The notes under the pieces were generated by a model. The model did no database searches. It had not been told where the DNA came from and saw only the letters and a program-made list of their open reading frames with translations. A stretch of DNA of 64,000 bases from Escherichia coli (GTDB lineage Bacteria; Pseudomonadota; Gammaproteobacteria; Enterobacterales; Enterobacteriaceae). Location of the stretch: NCBI RefSeq assembly GCF_044324785.1, contig NZ_CP172127.1; one strand, 5' to 3'. Positions 29,610 through 40,781 of the stretch are shown here, piece by piece. The stretch's first letter is position 1. Each line of letters starts with the position of its first letter. The position numbers and the translations under genes were made by a program.

Positions 29610-31193
29610 TCACACCTCGTACTCCATCTCGCCATCCTTACGCAGCGGAATAATTTGCACCTTCTGCACGCGATGGCTTTCCACCTGCAACGTTTTAAGC
29701 AAATAATCTCCCACCTGCACTTCTTCGCCAGGTTTTGGAATGCGCTGCAAATATTCCATCAATAGCCCGGCAATGGTGTGATATTCACGTTTCTCGTCCA
29801 GCGGCAGCGGCACATATTGCACCAGATCCTCCAGCGGCATATGACCATTCGCCGTCCAGGAACCGTCCGCATTCTTCTGAATATCATGGCGGGCGTCGAT
29901 CTCTTCCACTTCGTTCGGTAAGTTACCGGCAATGGTTTCTGTGACATCACTTAATGTCACAATCCCTTCCACCGAGCCAAACTCATCCACCACAAAAGCA
30001 AAGTGTGTGCGGGCATTACGGAACTGCTCCAGGGCAGGTAACAACGGCAAGGTTTCCGGGAACACCAGCGGCTGGCGAATCAACACCCGCAGGTTGAGCG
30101 GTTCGCCGCGCAGAGACTGTTGTAGCAGGTCGATAACGTGAACAACACCGAGCAAATCTTCCGCGTCGTCACCGTCGGTAACCACCAGCCGCGTATGCTG
30201 ATTTCGCTCCAGCAACTGGCGGATTTCCTCTTCCGGCGCGTTGAGATCGATATGCTCAATATCGTGGCGCGACGTCATAATGCTGCTGACGGTACGCTGG
30301 TTAAGATTAAGGACCCGCTCAATCATCCGCCGCTCCTGCGGATTAAAGATCTGCTGGTTACCATGATCCACCAGCATGGACGCGGTTTCGGCGTCCAGTT
30401 CCGCATCTTCTTTTTGCCCGCTAAGCAGGCGCATTACCGCTTCGGTAGTCCGCTGGCGCAGCGTCTGGTTAGCGGAAAGAAAACGTCGCCGGTTAAAGAT
30501 AGCCAACTGATTGAGCGCCTCGATCATCACCGAGAAACCAATGGCAGCGTACAGGTAGCCTTTCGGAATGACGAAGCCGAAACCTTCCGCCACCAGGCTA
30601 AAGCCAATCATCAACAGGAAGCTTAAGCAGAGAATAACGATGGTCGGGTGACTGTTAACAAATTGCGTTAACGGCTTGCTGGCCATCAACATCAGGCTAA
30701 TAGCGATAACCACGGCGGCCATCATGACCAGTAAATGGTCGACCATCCCGACGGCGGTAATCACCGAGTCGAGTGAGAAGATGGCGTCCAGTACCACAAT
30801 TTGTGTCACCACCCCCCAGAACTTCGCACCTTTGCGTTGTGTGGGGTTATTGCTGTCTTTCCCCTCCAGCCGTTCGTTCAGCTCCATCGTGGCTTTGAAC
30901 AGCAGGAAGAAACCACCAAACAGCATGATTAAGTCGCGGGCGCTAAAGGTAAACGAGCGGAAGCTGAACAGCGGTTGAGTCAGGGTGACCAGCCAGGAGA
31001 TAGACGCCAGCAGTAACAGGCGCATTAACATCGCCAGCAGCAGCCCGGTAACCCGTGCGCGGTCGCGCTGCTTCGGCGGTAGTTTTTCGGCGAGGATGGC
31101 AATAAAGACCAGGTTATCAATGCCGAGGACCAGTTCGATCACAATCAGCGTGATTAACCCGGCCCAGATAGACGGATCGGCAATCCATTCCAT
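29610..31193 (-). CDS. yegH: TerC-family membrane protein with CBS/CorC domains, YegH (527 aa from ATG 31193)
   Basis: Translation from the internal ATG reads [30 protein letters not shown]... (TerC), with a C-terminal CBS/transporter-associated domain. Confidence 0.88.
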   Translation of the reverse strand: MEWIADPSIWAGLITLIVIELVLGIDNLVFIAILAEKLPPKQRDRARVTGLLLAMLMRLLLLASISWLVTLTQPLFSFRSFTFSARDLIMLFGGFFLLFKATMELNERLEGKDSNNPTQRKGAKFWGVVTQIVVLDAIFSLDSVITAVGMVDHLLVMMAAVVIAISLMLMASKPLTQFVNSHPTIVILCLSFLLMIGFSLVAEGFGFVIPKGYLYAAIGFSVMIEALNQLAIFNRRRFLSANQTLRQRTTEAVMRLLSGQKEDAELDAETASMLVDHGNQQIFNPQERRMIERVLNLNQRTVSSIMTSRHDIEHIDLNAPEEEIRQLLERNQHTRLVVTDGDDAEDLLGVVHVIDLLQQSLRGEPLNLRVLIRQPLVFPETLPLLPALEQFRNARTHFAFVVDEFGSVEGIVTLSDVTETIAGNLPNEVEEIDARHDIQKNADGSWTANGHMPLEDLVQYVPLPLDEKREYHTIAGLLMEYLQRIPKPGEEVQVGDYLLKTLQVESHRVQKVQIIPLRKDGEMEYEV

Positions 31194-31634
31194 AGTAAGT
31201 ACAAAACCTATTCGTTGTATGACAAATGTCACAATTCGATCATGGATAAATCGGGGCAAAAATGCAATGTTGCAGCACTATTTATCTCATATTATTTGAG
31301 GGTAATAACCTCACATTATCCCTGAATTAAAAGTGGTAATAATAAAACATTATTTAAGAAATATCGCATGTGGAGACACAGTATTAAATATTGTCAACCT
31401 AAAGAAACTCCTAAAAAACATATTGAATGACACTTAATATAATTCTTAAAAATAGCCAATTGCCGAATTGTTACCTTGCCTGCTATTCCGTTAGCTGTAA
31501 CACTTCCTCCTGCATTATTGGAGAGCCAATATTCAATTACCATAATGTCACCTTATATTCGGAAGTTAATTTCCGCAATAACCCTTTCTCATCAACGATT
31601 GTATGCAGAGAGGGTTTGAAAAATTGAGCTAAAT

Positions 31635-31673
31635 CAGTGTATTGGTAGCTAAAAAGCCAGGGGCGGTAGCGTG
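31635..31673 (+). promoter_or_regulatory. JUMPStart element with ops (RfaH antitermination) site upstream of the colanic acid operon
   Basis: CAGTGTATTGGTAGCTAAAAAGCCAGGGGCGGTAGCGTG contains the canonical ops GGCGGTAGCGTG, ~180 bp upstream of wza. Confidence 0.7.
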
Positions 31674-31851
31674 TCTGGATGCCTGAAAGACCAGTCTGAA
31701 TTATTCTGTCAATAGCCTGCGGATGAAATCAATTTTTTTAGGACTGATGCCAGTTAAATTTTTATTCAATTAACTGCAAGGTAAATGTGCATGGCGACAT
31801 TGCTATTAATAGTGCACAGGATAATTACTCTGCCAAAGTGATAAATAAACA

Positions 31852-32991
31852 ATGATGAAATCCAAAATGAAATTGATGCCATTATTGGTGTCAGTAACCT
31901 TGATAAGCGGTTGCACAGTACTTCCGGGCAGCAATATGTCTACGATGGGTAAAGACGTCATCAAACAGCAGGACGCTGATTTCGATCTCGACAAAATGGT
32001 GAATGTTTATCCGTTGACCCCGCGCCTGATTGATCAATTACGCCCACGACCCAACGTAGCGCGCCCCAATATGACGCTGGAAAGTGAGATCGCGAATTAC
32101 CAGTATCGCGTCGGGCCGGGGGACGTTCTTAATGTCACCGTCTGGGATCACCCGGAACTCACCACGCCAGCCGGTCAGTACCGCAGCTCCAGCGACACCG
32201 GCAACTGGGTACAGCCTGACGGCACTATGTTCTACCCGTATATCGGCAAGGTTCACGTCGTGGGGAAAACGCTCGCTGAAATCCGCAGTGATATTACCGG
32301 GCGCTTAGCGACGTACATCGCTGACCCGCAGGTGGACGTTAATATCGCCGCCTTCCGCTCACAAAAGGCCTATATCTCCGGACAGGTGAATAAATCCGGC
32401 CAACAGGCGATCACCAACGTGCCACTGACCATTCTCGATGCCATCAACGCCGCAGGTGGCCTGACCGATACTGCTGACTGGCGCAACGTGGTGCTAACAC
32501 ACAATGGTCGTGAAGAGCGCATTTCTTTGCAGGCGCTGATGCAAAACGGCGACCTCAATCAGAACCGACTGCTTTATCCTGGCGATATTCTCTACGTGCC
32601 GCGTAATGATGATCTGAAAGTATTTGTGATGGGTGAAGTTAAAAAACAGAGCACCCTGAAAATGGACTTTAGCGGCATGACCCTGACTGAAGCCCTGGGT
32701 AATGCTGAAGGCATCGACATGACCACCTCCAACGCCAGCGGCATCTTTGTCATTCGTCCGTTGAAAGGCGAGGGCGGGCGTAACGGCAAGATTGCCAATA
32801 TCTACCAGCTGGATATGTCCGATGCCACATCGCTGGTGATGGCGACAGAATTCCGCCTGCAACCTTATGACGTGGTGTATGTCACCACCGCCCCGGTTTC
32901 CCGCTGGAACCGTCTGATCAATCAGTTGCTGCCAACTATTAGCGGTGTCCGTTACATGACGGATACAGCCAGCGACATTCATAACTGGTAA
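31852..32991 (+). CDS. wza: outer membrane polysaccharide export lipoprotein Wza, 379 aa
   Basis: Lipoprotein signal (LISGC) and recognised Wza sequence. First gene of the colanic acid cluster. Confidence 0.95.
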   Translation: MMKSKMKLMPLLVSVTLISGCTVLPGSNMSTMGKDVIKQQDADFDLDKMVNVYPLTPRLIDQLRPRPNVARPNMTLESEIANYQYRVGPGDVLNVTVWDHPELTTPAGQYRSSSDTGNWVQPDGTMFYPYIGKVHVVGKTLAEIRSDITGRLATYIADPQVDVNIAAFRSQKAYISGQVNKSGQQAITNVPLTILDAINAAGGLTDTADWRNVVLTHNGREERISLQALMQNGDLNQNRLLYPGDILYVPRNDDLKVFVMGEVKKQSTLKMDFSGMTLTEALGNAEGIDMTTSNASGIFVIRPLKGEGGRNGKIANIYQLDMSDATSLVMATEFRLQPYDVVYVTTAPVSRWNRLINQLLPTISGVRYMTDTASDIHNW

Positions 32992-32996
32992 TCGTC

Positions 32997-33440
32997 ATGT
33001 TTAACAACATCTTAGTTGTCTGTGTCGGCAATATTTGCCGCTCCCCGACGGCGGAACGCTTACTGCAACGTTATCATCCGGAGCTAAAAGTGGAGTCCGC
33101 TGGACTCGGCGCGCTGGTCGGTAAGGGCGCTGACCCTACTGCTATCAGCGTCGCCGCAGAACATCAACTGTCTCTGGAAGGTCACTGTGCACGGCAAATC
33201 AGCCGTCGCCTGTGTCGCAACTACGACCTGATTTTGACCATGGAAAAGCGCCATATCGAACGCTTATGTGAGATGGCACCTGAGATGCGCGGCAAAGTGA
33301 TGCTGTTTGGTCACTGGGATAACGAATGTGAAATCCCCGATCCGTATCGCAAAAGCCGGGAAACGTTTGCAGCGGTGTACACATTACTTGAACGGTCTGC
33401 CCGCCAGTGGGCGCAGGCATTGAACGCAGAGCAGGTATAA
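32997..33440 (+). CDS. wzb: low-molecular-weight protein-tyrosine phosphatase Wzb, 147 aa
   Basis: CX5R motif (VCVGNICRS). Confidence 0.95.
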   Translation: MFNNILVVCVGNICRSPTAERLLQRYHPELKVESAGLGALVGKGADPTAISVAAEHQLSLEGHCARQISRRLCRNYDLILTMEKRHIERLCEMAPEMRGKVMLFGHWDNECEIPDPYRKSRETFAAVYTLLERSARQWAQALNAEQV

Positions 33441-33442
33441 GA

Positions 33443-35605
33443 ATGACAGAAAAAGTAAAACAACATGCCGCTCCGGTAACGGGCAGTGATGAAATCGATA
33501 TTGGTCGCCTGGTCGGCACCGTCATTGAAGCGCGCTGGTGGGTAATTGGCATCACCGCCGTATTCGCCCTCTGTGCCGTGGTTTACACCTTCTTCGCCAC
33601 GCCGATATACAGCGCCGACGCACTGGTACAAATCGAACAAAGCAGCGGCAATTCGCTGGTGCAGGATATCGGATCGGCATTAGCCAACAAACCGCCTGCA
33701 TCGGACGCCGAGATCCAGTTGATTCGTTCGCGTCTGGTGCTTGGTAAAACGGTGGACGATCTCGACCTCGATATTGCGGTGAGCAAAAACACGTTCCCGA
33801 TTTTCGGTGCGGGCTGGGATCGCCTGATGGGACGTCAGAACGAGACGGTAAAAGTGACCACCTTTAACCGTCCGAAAGAGATGGCGGATCAGGTGTTTAC
33901 GCTTAATGTGCTGGACAACAAAAACTACACCCTGAGCAGCGACGGCGGCTTTAGCGCCCGTGGGCAAGCGGGCCAGATGCTGAAAAAAGAAGGCGTCACA
34001 CTGATGGTTGAAGCCATTCACGCCAGCCCGGGCAGTGAGTTTACCGTCACCAAATACTCCACGCTGGGGATGATCAATCAACTGCAAAACAGCCTGACGG
34101 TAACGGAGAACGGCAAAGATGCTGGCGTTTTGAGCCTGACTTATACTGGAGAAGATCGCGAACAGATCCGCGACATTCTTAACAGTATCGCCCGTAACTA
34201 TCAGGAACAAAATATTGAGCGCAAATCGGCGGAAGCGTCGAAAAGCCTCGCTTTCCTCGCGCAACAGTTACCGGAAGTACGTAGCCGCCTCGATGTTGCC
34301 GAAAACAAACTGAATGCCTTCCGTCAGGATAAAGATTCAGTTGATCTGCCGCTGGAAGCGAAAGCGGTGCTCGATTCGATGGTGAACATCGACGCGCAGT
34401 TGAACGAACTGACCTTTAAAGAGGCGGAAATCTCCAAGCTGTACACCAAAGTTCACCCGGCGTACCGCACGCTGCTGGAGAAACGGCAGGCGCTGGAAGA
34501 CGAAAAAGCCAAACTTAATGGTCGCGTAACGGCGATGCCGAAAACCCAGCAGGAGATTGTGCGCCTGACCCGCGATGTCGAGTCTGGTCAGCAGGTCTAT
34601 ATGCAACTGCTGAATAAAGAGCAGGAGCTGAAAATCACCGAAGCCAGCACCGTCGGCGATGTGCGCATTGTTGACCCGGCAATCACTCAGCCTGGTGTGC
34701 TGAAACCGAAGAAAGGGTTGATTATCCTCGGTGCAATTATCCTCGGCCTGATGCTCTCTATCGTGGGTGTACTGCTGCGCTCGTTGTTTAATCGCGGCAT
34801 TGAAAGCCCGCAGGTGCTGGAAGAACATGGCATCAGCGTCTATGCCAGCATCCCGCTGTCGGAGTGGCAGAAAGCGCGCGATAGCGTCAAAACCATCAAA
34901 GGGGTTAAACGCTATAAACAGAGCCAGCTACTGGCGGTGGGGAATCCAACCGATCTGGCGATTGAAGCCATCCGTAGTCTGCGTACCAGTCTGCACTTCG
35001 CGATGATGCAGGCACAGAACAATGTGTTGATGATGACCGGGGTTAGCCCGTCAATCGGTAAAACCTTTGTCTGCGCCAACCTGGCGGCGGTGATCAGCCA
35101 GACCAATAAACGGGTGTTGTTGATCGACTGCGATATGCGCAAAGGCTACACCCACGAGCTGTTGGGCACCAATAACGTCAATGGCCTGTCGGAAATTCTG
35201 ATTGGTCAGGGCGATATTACTACCGCTGCTAAACCGACCTCTATTGCCAAATTTGACCTGATCCCGCGCGGTCAGGTACCGCCAAATCCTTCTGAACTCT
35301 TGATGAGCGAACGCTTTGCCGAACTGGTGAACTGGGCGAGTAAAAACTACGACCTGGTGTTGATTGATACGCCGCCGATTCTGGCAGTGACCGATGCGGC
35401 AATTGTTGGTCGTCATGTCGGAACCACGTTAATGGTGGCGCGTTATGCGGTCAACACATTGAAAGAAGTGGAAACCAGCCTGAGCCGCTTTGAGCAAAAC
35501 GGTATTCCGGTGAAAGGGGTGATTCTGAACTCCATCTTCCGCCGCGCCAGCGCGTATCAGGATTATGGCTATTACGAATACGAATATAAGTCGGATGCGA
35601 AATAA
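33443..35605 (+). CDS. wzc: tyrosine autokinase / polysaccharide co-polymerase Wzc (720 aa from ATG 33443)
   Basis: MTEKVKQHAAPVTGSDEIDIGRL... start, Walker A (SPSIGKT), C-terminal tyrosine-rich tail (YQDYGYYEYEYK). Confidence 0.95.
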   Translation: MTEKVKQHAAPVTGSDEIDIGRLVGTVIEARWWVIGITAVFALCAVVYTFFATPIYSADALVQIEQSSGNSLVQDIGSALANKPPASDAEIQLIRSRLVLGKTVDDLDLDIAVSKNTFPIFGAGWDRLMGRQNETVKVTTFNRPKEMADQVFTLNVLDNKNYTLSSDGGFSARGQAGQMLKKEGVTLMVEAIHASPGSEFTVTKYSTLGMINQLQNSLTVTENGKDAGVLSLTYTGEDREQIRDILNSIARNYQEQNIERKSAEASKSLAFLAQQLPEVRSRLDVAENKLNAFRQDKDSVDLPLEAKAVLDSMVNIDAQLNELTFKEAEISKLYTKVHPAYRTLLEKRQALEDEKAKLNGRVTAMPKTQQEIVRLTRDVESGQQVYMQLLNKEQELKITEASTVGDVRIVDPAITQPGVLKPKKGLIILGAIILGLMLSIVGVLLRSLFNRGIESPQVLEEHGISVYASIPLSEWQKARDSVKTIKGVKRYKQSQLLAVGNPTDLAIEAIRSLRTSLHFAMMQAQNNVLMMTGVSPSIGKTFVCANLAAVISQTNKRVLLIDCDMRKGYTHELLGTNNVNGLSEILIGQGDITTAAKPTSIAKFDLIPRGQVPPNPSELLMSERFAELVNWASKNYDLVLIDTPPILAVTDAAIVGRHVGTTLMVARYAVNTLKEVETSLSRFEQNGIPVKGVILNSIFRRASAYQDYGYYEYEYKSDAK

Positions 35606-35628
35606 CGACGCCTGCATTCGCACCGCCC

Positions 35629-35665
35629 CGTAGGCCGGATAAGGCGTTCACGCCGCATCCGGCAA
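35629..35665. repeat. REP element between wzc and wcaA
   Basis: CGTAGGCCGGATAAGGCGTTCACGCCGCATCCGGCAA is the reverse complement form of the REP consensus. Confidence 0.55.
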
Positions 35666-35697
35666 GCAAACCAGCTCATAAGCCGGGAGAACAACCT

Positions 35698-36537
35698 ATG
35701 AAAGACAATCCGCTGATCTCAATCTATATGCCGACCTGGAACCGCCAACAACTGGCGATTCGGGCGATAAAATCGGTCCTGCGCCAGGACTATAACAACT
35801 GGGAGATGATCATCGTGGATGATTGCTCCACCTCCTGGGAACAACTCCAACAGTACGTCACCGCCCTCAACGATCCGCGTATCACCTACATTCACAACGA
35901 CATTAACAGCGGGGCGTGCGCGGTACGTAACCAGGCGATTATGCTGGCGCAAGGGGAATATATCACCGGGATCGATGATGATGATGAATGGACACCCAAC
36001 CGTCTGAGCGTCTTCCTCGCCCATAAACAGCAACTGGTCACACACGCCTTTTTGTACGCTAACGACTACGTTTGCCAGGGCGAGGTCTACTCCCAGCCGG
36101 CAAGTTTGCCGCTGTATCCCAAATCGCCGTATTCACGCCGCCTGTTCTACAAACGCAATATCATTGGCAATCAGGTCTTTACCTGGGCGTGGCGTTTCAA
36201 AGAGTGTTTGTTCGATACCGAACTGAAAGCGGCACAGGATTACGACATTTTCCTGCGGATGGTGGTGGAGTACGGCGAACCGTGGAAAGTAGAAGAGGCG
36301 ACGCAGATCCTGCATATCAATCACGGTGAAATGCAGATCACCTCGTCACCGAAAAAATTCTCCGGATACTTCCACTTTTACCGCAAGCACAAAGACAAAT
36401 TTGACCGCGCCAGCAAAAAATATCAGCTGTTTACCCTCTACCAGATCCGCAATAAACGCATGACCTGGCGCACTTTGCTGACGCTGCTGTCGGTGCGTAA
36501 CGGCAAACGTCTGGCTGATGGTATTCGGGGGCGCTAA
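35698..36537 (+). CDS. wcaA: colanic acid glycosyltransferase WcaA (GT2), 279 aa
   Basis: GT2 motifs (ISIYMPTWN, DDCST); conserved wca order. Confidence 0.92.
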   Translation: MKDNPLISIYMPTWNRQQLAIRAIKSVLRQDYNNWEMIIVDDCSTSWEQLQQYVTALNDPRITYIHNDINSGACAVRNQAIMLAQGEYITGIDDDDEWTPNRLSVFLAHKQQLVTHAFLYANDYVCQGEVYSQPASLPLYPKSPYSRRLFYKRNIIGNQVFTWAWRFKECLFDTELKAAQDYDIFLRMVVEYGEPWKVEEATQILHINHGEMQITSSPKKFSGYFHFYRKHKDKFDRASKKYQLFTLYQIRNKRMTWRTLLTLLSVRNGKRLADGIRGR

Positions 36538-36539
36538 AG

Positions 36540-37028
36540 ATGCTGGAAGATCTGCGCGCCAACAGCTGGAGTTTACGCCCGTGCTGCATGGTTCTTGCCT
36601 ATCGCGTTGCTCATTTTTGTTCGGTGTGGCGCAAAAAGAACGTCCTCAACAATATTTGGGCGGCCCCGCTGCTGGTGCTGTATCGCATTATCACCGAATG
36701 CTTTTTCGGTTATGAAATCCAGGCAGCCGCAACCATTGGTCGCCGTTTCACTATCCATCACGGCTATGCCGTAGTGATCAATAAAAACGTGGTCGCGGGG
36801 GATGATTTCACCATTCGCCACGGCGTCACTATCGGCAATCGTGGAGCCGATAACATGGCATGTCCACACATTGGCAACGGCGTCGAACTCGGTGCCAACG
36901 TTATTATTCTTGGTGATATCACGCTTGGTAACAATGTCACCGTGGGCGCGGGCAGCGTGGTGCTCGACTCTGTCCCGGACAACGCGCTGGTGGTGGGAGA
37001 AAAAGCGCGAGTGAAGGTAATTAAATGA
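36540..37028 (+). CDS. wcaB: colanic acid acetyltransferase WcaB (hexapeptide-repeat), 162 aa
   Basis: Left-handed beta-helix hexapeptide repeats; position. Confidence 0.92.
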   Translation: MLEDLRANSWSLRPCCMVLAYRVAHFCSVWRKKNVLNNIWAAPLLVLYRIITECFFGYEIQAAATIGRRFTIHHGYAVVINKNVVAGDDFTIRHGVTIGNRGADNMACPHIGNGVELGANVIILGDITLGNNVTVGAGSVVLDSVPDNALVVGEKARVKVIK

Positions 37029-38242
37029 ATATTCTGCAATTTAATGTGCGACTGGCGGAAGGCGGGGCAGCAGGTGTGGCGTTAGATCTCCACCAGCGTG
37101 CGCTGCAACAGGGGCTGGCGTCACATTTTGTCTACGGCTACGGCAAAGGCGGCAAAGAGAGCGTCAGCCATCAAAACTATCCGCAGGTCATCAAACATAC
37201 GCCGCGGATGACCGCGATGGCGAACATTGCCCTGTTTCGTCTGTTTAATCGCGATCTGTTCGGCAATTTCAATGAGTTATATCGCACCATTACTCGCACA
37301 CCGGGTCCGGTGGTCCTGCATTTTCATGTGCTGCACAGCTACTGGTTGAATCTTAAGAGCGTGGTGCGCTTTTGCGAAAAAGTGAAAAACCACAAACCGG
37401 ATATCATTTTGGTCTGGACGTTACACGATCACTGGAGCGTTACCGGACGCTGCGCCTTTACCGACGGTTGTGAAGGCTGGAAAAAGGGCTGCCAGAAATG
37501 CCCGACCTTAAATAATTATCCGCCGGTGAAGATTGATCGCGCACACCAGCTGGTGGCGGGCAAACGCCAGTTATTCCGTGAGATGCTGGCGCTGGGCTGT
37601 CAGTTTATTTCCCCCAGCCAGCATGTGGCTGATGCTTTCAATAGTCTGTACGGTCCAGGGCGTTGCCGGATTATCAATAATGGCATTGATATGGCAACCG
37701 AAGCGATTCTGGCGGACTTGCCTCCGGTGCGCGAAACCCAGGGCAAGCCGAAAATCGCGGTGGTGGCGCATGATCTGCGTTACGACGGCAAAACTAACCA
37801 GCAACTGGTACGCGAGATGATGGCGCTGGGCGACAAAATCGAACTGCATACCTTTGGTAAGTTCTCGCCGTTCACCGCTGGCAACGTGGTTAATCACGGC
37901 TTTGAAACTGACAAGCGCAAGTTGATGAGCGCGCTCAATCAGATGGATGCGCTGGTATTCAGTTCTCGCGTCGATAACTACCCGCTGATTTTGTGTGAGG
38001 CGCTATCGATTGGCGTGCCGGTGATTGCCACCTATAGCGACGCGGCGCGGGAAGTGTTGCAAAAATCCGGCGGTAAAACCGTCAGCGAAGAAGACGTGCT
38101 GCAACTGGTGCAGTTAAGCAAACCGGAAATCGCGCAGGCGATATTTAGTACCACGCTGGCTGAGTTCAGCCAACGCAGCCGCGCCGCCTACAGTGGACAA
38201 CAGATGCTGGAGGAGTATGTCAACTTCTATCAGAATCTGTAG
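37025..38242 (+). CDS. wcaC: colanic acid glycosyltransferase WcaC (GT1), 405 aa
   Basis: GT1 fold; position and length. Confidence 0.92.
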   Translation: MNILQFNVRLAEGGAAGVALDLHQRALQQGLASHFVYGYGKGGKESVSHQNYPQVIKHTPRMTAMANIALFRLFNRDLFGNFNELYRTITRTPGPVVLHFHVLHSYWLNLKSVVRFCEKVKNHKPDIILVWTLHDHWSVTGRCAFTDGCEGWKKGCQKCPTLNNYPPVKIDRAHQLVAGKRQLFREMLALGCQFISPSQHVADAFNSLYGPGRCRIINNGIDMATEAILADLPPVRETQGKPKIAVVAHDLRYDGKTNQQLVREMMALGDKIELHTFGKFSPFTAGNVVNHGFETDKRKLMSALNQMDALVFSSRVDNYPLILCEALSIGVPVIATYSDAAREVLQKSGGKTVSEEDVLQLVQLSKPEIAQAIFSTTLAEFSQRSRAAYSGQQMLEEYVNFYQNL

Positions 38243-39434
38243 CTACCTGCTGCTGCCGCTGATTTACCTGCTGGTTAACGTCAAAATCGCCCAGCTTGGC
38301 GAAAGTTTCCCCATCACCATCGTCACTTTTTTACCTGTCTTGTTACTGCTGTTTTTAGAGCGCATCAGCGTTAAAAAATTGATGATTGCCTTGGGGATTG
38401 GCGCGGGGCTCACGGCGTTCAACTATCTGTTTGGTCAGTCGTTGGATGCCAGTAAATACGTCACTTCAACCATGCTGTTTGTCTATATTGTGATCATTAT
38501 TGGCATGGTGTGGAGTATTCGCTTTAAAACGATTTCGCCACACAACCATCGCAAGATATTACGTTTCTTTTATCTGGTGGTCGGGCTGGTGGTGGCGCTG
38601 GCGGCAGTGGAGATGGCGCAAATTATCCTCACCGGTGGCAGCAGTATTATGGAGTCGATTTCGAAATATCTGATTTACAGCAACAGCTATGTGCTGAATT
38701 TCATCAAATTCGGCGGCAAGCGCACGACCGCACTTTATTTCGAACCGGCATTTTTCGCTCTGGCATTAATCTCAATTTGGCTCAGCATCAAACAGTTTGG
38801 TATCAAAACGCCTAAAACCGATGCTATGATTCTCGCAGGGATAATATTATCCGGATCGTTTTCAGGGGTTATGACCTTTATCCTGTTTTATTTGCTGGAG
38901 TGGGCATTTCAATATCTGAATAAAGAGGCGATTAAGAAAAAGTTACCGTTAGCATTGATTTCTATGGCTGTATTCCTGGTTGGTGTGGTAATTGCATTTC
39001 CTTATATTTCCACCCGTCTGGGCGATTTAGGTACGGAAGGATCGTCATCATATTATCGTATTGTCGGTCCGCTGGTGATGGTCGGTTATTCTTTGACCCA
39101 TATTGACGGTGTAGTCAGATTTGGCTCACTTTATGAATATGTCGCATCATTCGGAATATTTAACGGTGCGGATGTCGGAAAAACCATAGACAATGGTTTG
39201 TATCTGCTGATTATTTATTTTTCCTGGTTCGCGGTGTTTTTATCGCTGTGGTACATGGGGAAAGTGATAAAAATGATGATCAACGCTTTTGGTGATAACC
39301 GCAATTTTCGCGTGCAATTATATCTTTTTACTCCGGTATCGCTGTTTTTTACCGGTTCGATATTTAGCCCGGAATATGCATTTTTAATCGTCTGTCCGTT
39401 TATTTTGCGAAAAGCGTTAAATATTACGAGGTAA
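38217..39434 (+). CDS. wcaD: colanic acid polymerase WcaD (405 aa from ATG 38217)
   Basis: Polytopic membrane protein starting [19 protein letters not shown]. Confidence 0.9.
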   Translation: MSTSIRICSYLLLPLIYLLVNVKIAQLGESFPITIVTFLPVLLLLFLERISVKKLMIALGIGAGLTAFNYLFGQSLDASKYVTSTMLFVYIVIIIGMVWSIRFKTISPHNHRKILRFFYLVVGLVVALAAVEMAQIILTGGSSIMESISKYLIYSNSYVLNFIKFGGKRTTALYFEPAFFALALISIWLSIKQFGIKTPKTDAMILAGIILSGSFSGVMTFILFYLLEWAFQYLNKEAIKKKLPLALISMAVFLVGVVIAFPYISTRLGDLGTEGSSSYYRIVGPLVMVGYSLTHIDGVVRFGSLYEYVASFGIFNGADVGKTIDNGLYLLIIYFSWFAVFLSLWYMGKVIKMMINAFGDNRNFRVQLYLFTPVSLFFTGSIFSPEYAFLIVCPFILRKALNITR

Positions 39435-39444
39435 GAATAAGAAC

Positions 39445-40191
39445 ATGTTGCTTAGCATAATCACTGTCGCGTTTCGTAACCTCGCAGGGATAGTCAAAAC
39501 ACATGCCTCGCTGGCGCATCTGGCGCAGGCGGACGATATCAGCCTCGAATGGATTGTTGTCGATGGCGGTTCCAACGACGGTACCCGTGAGTACCTGGAA
39601 AATCTCAAGGGTATCTATAACCTACGCTTTGTCAGCGAGCCAGATAACGGTATCTACGACGCCATGAACAAGGGCATTGCGATGGCACAAGGCAAGTTCG
39701 CGTTGTTTCTCAACTCGGGCGATATTTTTCATCAGGATGCCGCAAATTTTGTCCGTAAGTTAAAAGTGCAAAAAGATAACGTGATGATCACCGGCGATGC
39801 GCTGCTGGATTTTGGCGACGGGCATAAGATTAAACGTAGCGCCAAACCGGGTTGGTATATTTATCACAGCCTGCCCGCCAGTCATCAGGCGATATTTTTC
39901 CCGGTATCCGGCTTGAAAAAATGGCGTTATGACCTGGAATATAAAGTTTCTTCCGACTACGCGCTGGCAGCCAAAATGTATAAAGCCGGTTATGCATTTA
40001 AAAAACTCAATGGCCTGGTGTCTGAATTTTCTATGGGTGGGGTATCAACCACCAATAATATGGAATTGTGTGCTGACGCGAAAAAAGTCCAACGGCAAAT
40101 ATTACATGTGCCTGGCTTTTGGGCTGAATTATCCTGGCATTTACGCCAACGTACTACCTCAAAGACGAAAGCCTTATATAACAAAAGCTGA
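39445..40191 (+). CDS. wcaE: colanic acid glycosyltransferase WcaE (GT2), 248 aa
   Basis: GT2 motifs; position. Confidence 0.92.
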   Translation: MLLSIITVAFRNLAGIVKTHASLAHLAQADDISLEWIVVDGGSNDGTREYLENLKGIYNLRFVSEPDNGIYDAMNKGIAMAQGKFALFLNSGDIFHQDAANFVRKLKVQKDNVMITGDALLDFGDGHKIKRSAKPGWYIYHSLPASHQAIFFPVSGLKKWRYDLEYKVSSDYALAAKMYKAGYAFKKLNGLVSEFSMGGVSTTNNMELCADAKKVQRQILHVPGFWAELSWHLRQRTTSKTKALYNKS

Positions 40192-40206
40192 ATATAAGGG
40201 AAAACG

Positions 40207-40755
40207 ATGCAAGATTTAAGTGGATTCTCGGTGCCGAAAGGGTTCCGGGGCGGCAACGCTATTAAAGTGCAATTATGGTGGGCAGTACAGGCAACAATAT
40301 TTGCCTGGTCGCCACAAGTATTGTATCGCTGGCGGGCTTTTTTATTACGTTTATTCGGGGCAAAAATAGGAAAAAACGTAGTTATTCGTCCGTCAGTAAA
40401 AATTACCTATCCGTGGAAATTAACCTTAGGTGATTACGCGTGGGTCGGCGATGACGTCAATTTATATACCCTCGGTGAAATAACCATTGGCGCACATTCG
40501 GTGATATCGCAAAAAAGTTATTTATGCACCGGTAGCCACGACCATGCAAGTCAACATTTCACCATTAACGCCACGCCTATTGTGATTGGCGAGAAATGCT
40601 GGCTGGCGACAGATGTTTTTGTTGCCCCTGGCGTCACGATTGGCGACGGCACCGTCGTGGGTGCACGAAGCAGTGTTTTTAAATCGCTTCCGGCAAATGT
40701 GGTTTGCCGGGGGAATCCCGCAGTGGTGATACGCGAACGCGTTGAAACTGAATAA
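40207..40755 (+). CDS. wcaF: colanic acid acetyltransferase WcaF, 182 aa
   Basis: Hexapeptide-repeat acetyltransferase; position. Confidence 0.92.
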   Translation: MQDLSGFSVPKGFRGGNAIKVQLWWAVQATIFAWSPQVLYRWRAFLLRLFGAKIGKNVVIRPSVKITYPWKLTLGDYAWVGDDVNLYTLGEITIGAHSVISQKSYLCTGSHDHASQHFTINATPIVIGEKCWLATDVFVAPGVTIGDGTVVGARSSVFKSLPANVVCRGNPAVVIRERVETE

Positions 40756-40781
40756 ATTCAAAAAATACAGAGGAATAAGAC

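Noticed and set aside
33680-35416. Minus-strand ORFs (e.g. 33680..34264, 34337..34828, 35051..35416) within wzc
   Set aside because: Antisense to a recognised full-length wzc; no independent support.
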